From the NCBI GenBank assembly GCA_012862495.1, contig BLSG01000302.1, positions 30,572 to 74,355 of the forward strand: a DNA stretch of 43,784 bases. The letters run 5' to 3'. Positions 1 through 10,096 of the stretch are shown here, piece by piece. The position numbers and the translations under genes were made by a program. How positions within the stretch are numbered: the first letter of the stretch is position 1; each line of letters opens with the position of its first letter. The stretch is from Thraustochytrium aureum. Taxonomy: Eukaryota. A model generated the notes under the pieces. That model was given only the letters and a program-made list of their open reading frames with translations, was not told the DNA's origin and did no database searches.

Positions 1-1167
1 ACAGAAAACATGGACTGGAACGGTTGCCTTGCACAGTGCGTGCCAGGCATGCAGGACAACTTTGATGCGCTCAGGTGGGACTGCGCTCTCTTGGCCGGGT
101 CGCGCACCGACTGCACCGACGAGCAGCTCCTCCCCGTCGACAACCGCGGATACGCAACTCGAAACGGACAGCTCCGGCTGAACGGTCTCGCTCTGGCCAA
201 CCAAGCAGGCGAAAATGTCCAACTGGCAGGCGTGAGCCTCACGCTCAACGACGCCTGCAGCACGCGCGCCGCGCTGGAGCACCTGGCCTCCAAGTGGGGC
301 GTCAACGCGGTCCGCGTTCGACTCCCCGACTCCCCCGTGCTAGAGGACAAGCAAAAGTTTGCCGAGGTCGTCGAGCAGGCGCTCCAGCTCGGCCTCTACA
401 TTGTCCTGGTCGCGGAAATTCGGACGAGACCTTGTCCTCGCAGTTCTGGGTCGAAATGGCTTCCACCTACAACTCCAAGGCCAACGTCCTCTTCGAGGTC
501 CGCCCAAGCCAGGCCGACTGGCCCTCCGCCAAGACTTGGCTCGACACCGTCATCCCACTCATCCGCAACGTCAATGCCAACGTGGTCATCATCGTCGGCA
601 CAGGACAAACCAACAACGCCCAAACCCTCGGCCAGGTCGCCAGCCTCCCCGTCAACGCACCAGGCAACGTGTTCTACTCGGTGCGGATCGCGGGCGACCG
701 CAGCGACAACATGCTTGCAAGCGTAAAGGATGCCGCACAGCGCATTCCCCTCTTCGCCACGCGCGTTCGCACCAGCAGCGCGGAGGGCTCCGGGCCCTTC
801 CTGCCCGAGACTGCAGACTACCTCAACTTTTTCTCGCGCCTCGACTCGAGCACCTCGACCTCGTTCAAGATCAGCTTCATCTACGACGCCTTCACGGACA
901 ACACCGTCGCCGTGCAGGAGCGCGCACTCAACGAGGGCGCCTGCGCCGCCGGCCGATTCGACGACACTACCTGCTCCGGCATGTTCATCCGCAAGTACAT
1001 CCAAAAGGCCTTCGGCGCCGTGCCGTCCATAAGCTCTGGCGGCGGCGGGCCGGTCGACCCTGTACAAGACGGGATCAATGATAACGCCGGCCAAAGCGGA
1101 GAATCAACCGACGTGGCCGCCCTCGTCGTTGGCGCGCTCTCGTCGGCAGTCGTCGTGTTCGGCGGCG
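1..1167 (+). CDS. Glycoside hydrolase family 5 (cellulase-like) domain protein with C-terminal TM helix; partial at both ends, apparent frameshift near 414
   Basis: Frame 1 reads NGQLRLNGLALANQAGENVQLAGVS..WGVNAVRV..VVEQALQLGLYIVL. It continues in frame 3 as FWVEMASTY..NVLFEV..WPSAKTWLDTVIPLIR..VIIVGTG..IPLFAT, following the GH5_2 TIM-barrel pattern. Hydrophobic VAALVVGALSSAVVVFGG lies just before the gap. The frame is open to base 1. Confidence 0.75.
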
Positions 1168-2026
1168 NNNNNNNNNNNNNNNNNNNNNNNNNNNNNNNNN
1201 NNNNNNNNNNNNNNNNNNNNNNNNNNNNNNNNNNNNNNNNNNNNNNNNNNNNNNNNNNNNNNNNNNNNNNNNNNNNNNNNNNNNNNNNNNNNNNNNNNNN
1301 NNNNNNNNNNNNNNNNNNNNNNNNNNNNNNNNNNNNNNNNNNNNNNNNNNNNNNNNNNNNNNNNNNNNNNNNNNNNNNNNNNNNNNNNNNNNNNNNNNNN
1401 NNNNNNNNNNNNNNNNNNNNNNNNNNNNNNNNNNNNNNNNNNNNNNNNNNNNNNNNNNNNNNNNNNNNNNNNNNNNNNNNNNNNNNNNNNNNNNNNNNNN
1501 NNNNNNNNNNNNNNNNNNNNNNNNNNNNNNNNNNNNNNNNNNNNNNNNNNNNNNNNNNNNNNNNNNNNNNNNNNNNNNNNNNNNNNNNNNNNNNNNNNNN
1601 NNNNNNNNNNNNNNNNNNNNNNNNNNNNNNNNNNNNNNNNNNNNNNNNNNNNNNNNNNNNNNNNNNNNNNNNNNNNNNNNNNNNNNNNNNNNNNNNNNNN
1701 NNNNNNNNNNNNNNNNNNNNNNNNNNNNNNNNNNNNNNNNNNNNNNNNNNNNNNNNNNNNNNNNNNNNNNNNNNNNNNNNNNNNNNNNNNNNNNNNNNNN
1801 NNNNNNNNNNNNNNNNNNNNNNNNNNNNNNNNNNNNNNNNNNNNNNNNNNNNNNNNNNNNNNNNNNNNNNNNNNNNNNNNNNNNNNNNNNNNNNNNNNNN
1901 NNNNNNNNNNNNNNNNNNNNNNNNNNNNNNNNNNNNNNNNNNNNNNNNNNNNNNNNNNNNNNNNNNNNNNNNNNNNNNNNNNNNNNNNNNNNNNNNNNNN
2001 NNNNNNNNNNNNNNNNCGACGACTCG

Positions 2027-2848
2027 ATGGCGGCAGACCTCGCGGCCCAGCGACGCGCAGCCCTGCGCAGCGGCGCGAACGTTGTTGTCGTTGTCGGCAA
2101 ACCCGTGGAGGAGAAGGGCAGCAGGTTTCTCGGGGTAATGGCCTACCCCGTGCGCGACGAGAGGGAGGCCAGCGAGGCGCTCGCCCTGCTGCGCCAAGCT
2201 CCCGAGCTCGCGGGCGCCACGCACAAAGTGGCAGCCTACCGCGCACAAGACAAGGCCGACTATATGGACGATGATGGCGAGGACCGCGCCGGGTCGCGCC
2301 TGCGCGGGGCCCTCAAACGGGCCAAAGCGCTCGGGGTTGCCGTCGTCGTCGCGCGCTGGTATGGAGGCGTGAACATTGGCAAAGCGCGCTTCCGCCACAT
2401 CGCAGAGCGGTGCGAGATTTTGCTCAAGGCGGTCGGCCAGCGCCCGGGCGTACCGCTCTGCGACCTGCACTGGGAGTCGAACGGCGAAGGCCGCGCCCTC
2501 GGCTCGGCGGTAGCGGCTGACTCGGCGGCAGCGTCCGATTCGACGGACCACACGCGGCGCACGCCAAAGCGCTCTCGCGACCAACTGCGACTTGCGATGG
2601 CGGATGCTGCCGAAAAACGGGCCAAAGCCGCGCGCCAATCGCACCACGTGGCTGCCGGCCCAGCCGAGTCGGCCTCGTCGTCTTCGCGCTCGCCGGCCTC
2701 GTCGTCTTCGCGCTCGCCGGCCTTGCCAACTCAGCCGGCTTTGAGCAGCGCGCAGCCGCTCGCGGAGCCGCTCGCGCAACCGACGGCACCACCTAGGCCT
2801 GCACAACCAAAGCCTCCATCGCGCGAGGACCCGATCGACCTGACCTGA
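2027..2848 (+). CDS. IMPACT/YigZ (UPF0029) domain protein with low-complexity C-terminal tail; N-terminus may extend into the gap
   Basis: EKGSRF..ATHKVAAYR..DDDGEDRAGSRL..VVVARWYGGVNIGKARFRHI matches the UPF0029 motifs (DDGE, RxxGGxxLG). Confidence 0.85.
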   Translation: MAADLAAQRRAALRSGANVVVVVGKPVEEKGSRFLGVMAYPVRDEREASEALALLRQAPELAGATHKVAAYRAQDKADYMDDDGEDRAGSRLRGALKRAKALGVAVVVARWYGGVNIGKARFRHIAERCEILLKAVGQRPGVPLCDLHWESNGEGRALGSAVAADSAAASDSTDHTRRTPKRSRDQLRLAMADAAEKRAKAARQSHHVAAGPAESASSSSRSPASSSSRSPALPTQPALSSAQPLAEPLAQPTAPPRPAQPKPPSREDPIDLT

Positions 2849-3624
2849 GCCGAGGACCCGCCGAGCCGCCGCCGTCGACTCGAACCGCAAGCTTTTCCGT
2901 AGAGGAGGATACCACCGCTTCCTTGCACGAGCCGAGCAGCCACAAACAGACCTTTGAGCCAGCCGTGTCGCTGCTCGCGAGGCCCGCCCGCTGATGCGAG
3001 CCTTGGGCCTTTGGTGGACAGATCGGCGCAAATCTCTTCAAAGCCCAGCGCGGAGGCGCGAACACGAGCTGCCGCACCCAACCAATCCGCAACCTCCAAC
3101 ATGTGCCAGCGGCGCTCGCAGCCACCGCAGCAAGCTGCGTGGCCGCTTTGCTCTGCCTTCTGCGCCTTGACAAGCACCGGCTCGTGCCAACCCGCTCGGA
3201 GGCAAGGGCGGCCACTCCAACGTCCAACCCACGACCTCCAGCAGCAGCGAGCGAGCCACCGCTGCCGCCGCAGGCGCTGCCAGCCAGGCAGCCAGGATGC
3301 CGGTCGATGTCGGCGACGGCTTCTCCGAGTCTGATGACCAACGCGTCGGAGTCGGAGTGTCAGTTTTTCATTCGCAAAAGTGCGACCCCAGAGACCGGAC
3401 AGTGCCCGAAAGCGCCGTGGCTTCGCGCGAGCTCGGGCCGCACGCGCTGCCGCGAACCTGGCTGCAGTAGCCGTGCCAGTGCTCTATCCAGCGGGCTGAG
3501 AGAGGATCTGGGGGCCGCCGTGCTCGGAGCTCGCGGCTGCGTCGGGGGAATGGCAGGTCGGGCGGGCCGCGATGTGAGGCAATTCCCGCCTGCGCGGACA
3601 CCAGCCGGCGACTCGCGACTCGCG

Positions 3625-4765
3625 ATGGAGCGGTTCAGGCCGGCCGCTAGCGGGCATGTGGCAGCGAAGGGCAACGAGCTGGTGGCCGCCATGCACGAGT
3701 TTCAGGCCTCGCAGAGACAGCTCGCCGTCGCGAACAGCAGGGCGAGCGCCGTGTCGCTCATGCTCGGACTGGCCAACCGAGCCGACAACGCGCGGATCGA
3801 GCGGCAGCAGCACGTGCTGAGCACGCGGCTTGCGATAGGGGAGCGCGCCCTGTGCGACCTCCGCGGCCAGGTGGAGGAGCAAGCCGACTCGATCGAGGCC
3901 GTCACCACTCAAGTTGACTCTCAAGGTCGCTCGATCGCGGACCTCGAGTTCCAAGTAGAAGACCAACGCGCGCACCTGGAGCGTCTCGCACGAGAGTACC
4001 AGCGCGAGCTTGAGGAACAGCGCAAGCTCATCATGAGCCAGCAGGACCAGTTCNNNNNNNNNNNNNNNNNNNNNNNNNNNNNNNNNNNNNNNNNNNNNNN
4101 NNNNNNNNNNNNNNNNNNNNNNNNNNNNNNNNNNNNNNNNNNNNNNNNNNNNNNNNNNNNNNNNNNNNNNNNNNNNNNNNNNNNNNNNNNNNNNNNNNNN
4201 NNNNNNNNNNNNNNNNNNNNNNNNNNNNNNNNNNNNNNNNNNNNNNNNNNNNNNNNNNNNNNNNNNNNNNNNNNNNNNNNNNNNNNNNNNNNNNNNNNNN
4301 NNNNNNNNNNNNNNNNNNNNNNNNNNNNNNNNNNNNNNNNNNNNNNNNNNNNNNNNNNNNNNNNNNNNNNNNNNNNNNNNNNNNNNNNAGGCCGCGCGCC
4401 TCGGCCTCTTGTTGTGGTGCGCGCGATCCATGCGCATCGTTGCTGCGCGCAACGGCCTGCACAACTCGGTGGGCTCGCCGCAGGTCTACCTGAACCAGTC
4501 TGTAGCTGCCTTGCAAAGCGCACTCGCGCTGGCCAGGGCCACTGCGGGGCTTCGCGGTACGTCGTCTCCCCAGGCGCAGGATGGTCCAGCCACTCTCGGC
4601 AGCGGGCTGCGCGCCGCTGCGCCCCCTCCGTCTGGAGCCTCTGCGATCTCGGCAGCTGTGGCCACAGAATGCGGCGCAATTGTACAAGAAAAGGCCGAAG
4701 GCGTTTGCGCGCCCGCAAGGCTCGCACCGGGCAGCCCAACAGCAGAGCTGAGCGCCGAGGCGTGA
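3625..4765 (+). CDS. Hypothetical coiled-coil protein, interrupted by gap 4054-4388
   Basis: ATG at 3625 (MERFRPAAS) is followed by heptad-like Q/E/R/L-rich sequence (LRGQVEEQADSIE..LEFQVEDQRAHLERLAREYQRELEEQRK). Continuation after the gap to TGA 4763-4765 is inferred. Confidence 0.5.
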
Positions 4766-5006
4766 AGCCCCTCTGCCTTCCTGCCTCTACCGTCGCGCCC
4801 TTCTCTGGCTAGTGTAGAGACAATACTAGCGCAGGGCGCCCGAGGCCGAGCGCGCCTGCGCGCCCGCGAGTGAGACGCACGCCGGCGAACCGAGCCGCCC
4901 GGTCCCGTTGAGGACGAGTACCAGACCACTGTTTTATTTCCATTTTTTTTAAATTTAAAAGCCACTCAGCAGCACAATTGAGAACGCTTTGAGCGCCCGG
5001 GTCGCA

Positions 5007-5573
5007 TCAGCCTGACTGGGTCCCGTCGTCAGTCGGCTGGGCCTCGGGCCCTGGCAGGGCAGTTGGGCCAATCCAGCCAAACTCCTCCGTTGGGCGCACG
5101 CCCCATGTCGCCTCGTGCCCAACAGCGTTTCTCTCGTGTTCTGCAACGACCTGCTCCACCGACAGCGTCCGCCCCTCATAGGCCGCCAGGTCTTGTGTGC
5201 CTAGCAGCAGGCACGTCTTGAGCTTGATTGCCATCTCGTCCTGCGCGCCCCAAACCGAACGATCCCGCTGTCAGCCGCCCGCCCATGGGCACCGCGAGCC
5301 GGCTCCAAAACTTACCCAGTGCACGAGGAGCGCCTGGCGTATCTCGGACCACTTGCCGACGCCAAACCTGGCGAGCCCTTCGTGCAGCTTGGCGACGGCG
5401 TCCTCGGTCCAAACGACGCCGTCCGAAACGTCGACTTTGGGTTCAAAGTACTCGTCGCGCAGGGCGCCGTCCTCCTCGACCATCTCCGGCGGGCACAGCT
5501 CCTTTCGCATGAACTTGGCGTACGCTTCGCCAGTCAGGCCCATCCCGCCGCCGCCGCCCAGCTCGACCTCCAT
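5007..5573 (-). CDS. Small Myb/SANT-like protein, two exons (5573-5316 and 5240-5007)
   Basis: WTEDAVAKLHEGLARFGVGKWSEIRQALLVHW is SANT-like. Splicing at a phase-0 intron joins it in frame to DEMAIKLKTCLLLG. Confidence 0.7.
5241..5315 (-). other. Spliceosomal intron (75 nt)
   Basis: Minus strand has a GTAAGT donor, a CTGAC branch-point motif and a GCAG acceptor. It contains an in-frame stop, and removing it restores a continuous ORF. Confidence 0.8.
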
Positions 5574-5952
5574 CGTCGCGCCCCAGACCGAGCCAAAAAA
5601 ACGCGCGAATCCCGCCCGCCGAGAAGGGAATCCTTGCCGCCTCGCGGCCGCCGGCGACGAGCAAGTGAGCGATCGAGCCAGCCAGCCGACCAGCCAGGCA
5701 ACCAGCCAGCGCGGTCACGGCGCGCCAACCGAGCGCGCGTTCTGGGGCGGGGGCGAAGGGCAGATCGGGACCTGGCGCACGACCATGTGGTTTTGAAATG
5801 TTGGCCAATTCGCCTCGCGGCGACCTCGGTCGGGGCGGCGCGGCGGCGCGCTGTTTTGTCTCCGCGGCAGCAGCGCTGCTCGGGCTGGCGAGTTTGCACT
5901 TTGCTGGTTGTGCGGACGCGCGACGGTTGGTGTGTGCGTGTGCCCGGCCCAG

Positions 5953-8900
5953 TCAGGGCGCCGCGTGACTCGCGCAGGAGGCGGAGGCGCCAAGGCTCGA
6001 CAGCAGGATGACCTTTGCCTGCGCGAGGTACCTGGATAAGAGCCGGCGGTTGAACGTCAGGTCGCTGTCGGAGACCTTGCCCGGCGCCGCGATCATGGGC
6101 ACGCTCACGCTCAGAATGTCGCCCAAGACCTTGGCAAGGTCGTCCAGGAAGCGCTGCGGCGCGCTCGGCCGCGCCGCGCTGTCTGCCTGGGCGCAGGAGT
6201 GCGCGTCGGCCTGCTTTATTGCGCTGGAGACNNNNNNNNNNNNNNNNNNNNNNNNNNNNNNNNNNNNNNNNNNNNNNNNNNNNNNNNNNNNNNNNNNNNN
6301 NNNNNNNNNNNNNNNNNNNNNNNNNNNNNNNNNNNNNNNNNNNNNNNNNNNNNNNNNNNNNNNNNNNNNNNNNNNNNNNNNNNNNNNNNNNNNNNNNNNN
6401 NNNNNNNNNNNNNNNNNNNNNNNNNNNNNNNNNNNNNNNNNNNNNNNCTTTATTGCGCTGGTGACGCGCCCAACGAACGAGCACGCAGCGGCAGACTCGT
6501 CCATAGCGCGCTCAAGCTCGCGCAGCGGGCCAATCACCTTGGTCAGCACTGCAGCCGCTTCATGCCCACCAAACGACGTGCAGCCAGAGCCCTCCAAGTC
6601 TGCGAGCTGGGACTCTGCCAAACGAAGCGTCGGCCCCAACGCGGCAATCGCATCGCGCATACGGCCTTGGACGCTCTGCAGGGCAGCGGCCCGCGATACG
6701 GCGAGTTGCTCGCGCAACTTGCCAGCACCGTCGTGCTGCGCCTGCCGCTCCGTGGTGTTTCGCAGGTTGGTCTCGCGCCGAGCAAGCTCTGCCTCGAGCG
6801 CCTCGAGCGCCGCAGCCTTTGTGGCGAGGGCAGCCTCGCAGGTCGCAGCGCGCCGCAATCTCGCGTCTGCCTCCGACGGCAGCCGCAGCCAACGCCCGCA
6901 GCTCGCCCTGGCGCTCGAGCAGCAGAGCTTCGGCCTCGTGCAGCGCCTTTTCGCGCCTGTTCAAGGACTCTCGAGTTCCCTCGAGCGCGGCGCTGCGCTT
7001 GTCAAGCTCGAGCTCACGGCCAGCAAGAGCTCGCTCCCGGTCGAGACAACCCTCCTCGCGGAGGCGTTCCAGCTGCGCGTTCGCCATCTCTGCTGCCTTG
7101 AAAGGCAGCAGCCTCGCTTCGCGGTCAACGCGCATTCGCTCTCGCTGCAGGTGCTGGCGCTGCTCGCCGAAATCGTGGACAAGCTCCTCGGCTCGTCGGA
7201 GGGCCTCGCTCTCGAGATCCCCTGGCCCGCGCCTCGAGCTCGAGCTTTACTCGCGAGAGGGCGTCCTCGCGGGCTGCAAGATCGGCACTGAGGCGGATCG
7301 AGTCGCTCTGCCTCCGTCTCGACGATGCTGGCTCGATGGTTCGTTTCCGAGTTGTACGCCTCTGATCGCGCGTACCACTCGCGCATCTCCGCTTGCCAGC
7401 CCTCGATGGCAGTGGCCATTTCTGGTGGGACCGCCGCGCCGCTGGCGAGTTGCTTGTGCGCGCGTTCGAGCTGTTGGCAGTATTCGACGAGCTCCTGCAC
7501 GGAGGCAGCCTTGCCCTCGAGTTCCCGGACTGCCTCGTCGCGCTGCTTGCACGCCTCCGCATGCTTGCGATTGGCCGCCTGTAGCTTGGACGCCGGGACG
7601 AGCGCTGGGTCCCCGTCCTTGGCTGTGCGATTCTTTTTGCGCGCCTCTTGAAGGGTGTTGGCAAATTGCAATACGTGCTCAGCTGTGTCGCGCGACTTGA
7701 CAACCCAGGAGATGCTCGACCTTCGCCGCTGCCCCGCCACACCCTTTGGTCGGCTTGCGGCGTCGTTTGGCTGCTGCAGCTCCATGCACAAGAGCTTCTC
7801 CTCGAGCTCCTTTGCTCGTCTTTCCGAGGCTTGCGCCGCTTCGCGCAACTCTTGCAAGCGGCCTATCTCGGCCTTGCGCCACCAGCGCTGAGCCCGCAAA
7901 GCGAATTTGGTGGCCACGTCGGGCTGCGCGGCCTCGTTGGCCGCATCCTCCATCTCGACAGATTTGAGCTGCAGCTCCTCCTGCGCCTTGCGCGATTCCG
8001 CGCGCTCCCGCTCAAGCTCGGCCTTGAGGTGGCGCACCTCGGAGCGATACTTTTGAATAAGGGCGTTCTCCACGCCGATGGCGTTCTTCTGTGCGGTATT
8101 CTTGACCTTTTTGCAGGTCACGCCGAAACTGAGCGTGTTCACCGACTCGCCCTCGTGCAGAGACGAGGATGCAGCCGTGCATATGAGCGAGGTGACGGCA
8201 TTGCCACCAAGAGCCTGGCGCAGGATCCGCGTGAGCTTGGAGTTGCGATAGGGGACGAACGAGCCGCCGCGCCCCGCGGTGAGGCCTGCGATCACCTCCC
8301 GCAACGCCAACAGCGACTTGTTGATGCTGCTTCCTTCTTTGAGCGAGGCTCCGCTTGTCTGCGCGTTAGACTGCCGCTCTGAGCCGGCCAAGTCAACCAG
8401 GCTCAGACATGAGACGCTGACGCTGTTGTCCTCGTGCGAACCAGCGGGCTGCCTGCCGTTCTTTGGCGAGAATGGCGGGCCGTCGCTCTCGTCCTTGGAC
8501 TCTGCTTCGAGCGGCTTCGACTCTACCACCATGCGGAAGACGGTGTGCGAGCGCGACGAGCGCTCGTTCATGTTGGTCGCTCGATAGTGCCTCTCTTTCT
8601 CGCCTTGCTCCAGGAGGTCGAACACGGAGTCGGGCGAGTTGACGATGATCTCCTGCAGGTTTTGGATAATCACGCCCAGCACGGGATCCTCTTTGATGAT
8701 CTTGAGCCCGCCGCGCTTGTTCGATCCGCCGTGTTGCAAGAGGTCGTGGATCTTTTCGTTGTAGATTTCCATGTAGGACACGCGCACGAGGTACGCGCGC
8801 TCGGTGTTCTGGTGGATGCCGTGGAACACGTCCTGCACTGCGCGGCGCAGCAGGCCGAGCTCCGCGTCGCTGCTCGCGTCGCCCGCCACTCCGCCGATCG

Positions 8901-9186
8901 TGTGCGTCTTGCCAGAGCCGGTCTGTCCGTACGCGAGCACGGTGCCGTTGTAGCCGCTGAGGACGTTGTCGACGACGCGTCGGGCCACATTGCTGTACAC
9001 TTGCGCATTTGTCGCGCTTGGGCCAAACACGTGGTCAAACGCAAGTTCCTTGATGCCTGTTGCGGGATCTGCGATCGCAACGCTTTTGCCGTCCTCTCCC
9101 CACTGCCAGCCCCCCGGCCCGCTCGCTTGCTCGTCCTTTCCGAGCAGAGGCCTGAACCGTGCCGCGACTTGAATAAAGTCGTCCAT
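5953..9186 (-). CDS. N-terminal-motor kinesin (kinesin-7/CENP-E-like) with long coiled-coil tail; apparent frameshifts near 7296, 7220 and 6885, and a gap
   Basis: IQVAARFRP, FDHVF, P-loop YGQTGSGKT, SYMEIYNE, switch I NERSSRSH, switch II LVDLAGSE, VPYRNSKLTRIL. The coiled-coil tail continues across alternate frames to 5953. Subfamily assignment is tentative. Confidence 0.9.
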
Positions 9187-10096
9187 GGTCCCGGCCAGCC
9201 AGACGCCCAACCAACGACCGGCGCCAGCGGCGATGGTTGTACGATCAAATGCCTCGCCGCACGCACCGAGTCTGCCACTGCCGCAGCGGCTGCTGACGAG
9301 CTGCAGCGCTGCGACATCTGGCGGGCGACCGCATTCGGATAGCCGTTGAGATCGGACAGGCTCACATCCGCCTCAATCGATCAACAAATGCCCCTCGACC
9401 TCGTGGCTCGTGCAGCGCACCGCATGCCTGGCAAGCTGACTCCGCGGGTTCACCTCGTTGCCAGAGGCCCCGGCCGGGTGGGCGCCCGTAGCGCGCAAGC
9501 CTCGCTCGCAGACGGGCCGAGTGATTCCAGCGGATGGACCGGGCATCCAGTAAAAGTGTGAGACCAACACCGAGAGTTGTGAATCGATGCAGGTGACCCT
9601 GTGAAGCGAGCGGCCTATGCTGGCCCGCCCCAGCCTTGTCTCGCTGCGCGCTTCCGGATGCTGAACGGCGCGGAAAAACCGGCTTGGGAGCGCTGGTTGT
9701 AGTGCCGCAAACCGCGGAGTCAACGCAGTGGAGCTCCCCGAGCCCTGCGCTTCACGCCCACCCAGGTCTAAGATACGGCTAAAACAAGGTAGGCAAATCA
9801 ACGAGCCCCTGCGCCTGGGCCCGCAGCAAATCGTCGCGGGACTGGGGACTCGTTCCCCAGTCGCAGCGCGGCGCACGAGAGATCCTTGCAGATGATGTTC
9901 TCGTCGTTGAGGAGCTTCAAGGGGCCGAGCACAACATCGCGCGAGGTGAAACTGTGCCAACACGCAGCAAACAGTTGAATCGGGGCGTAGCTCGGGAAAA
10001 GTTGCTGCGGCTTTGAGCAGCAACGGGATCCTGAGTCGTCGGGTGTCGCGTCAAACCAGATCAGATTTTCCATCACCAAAACACCGCCGGCGCCCA

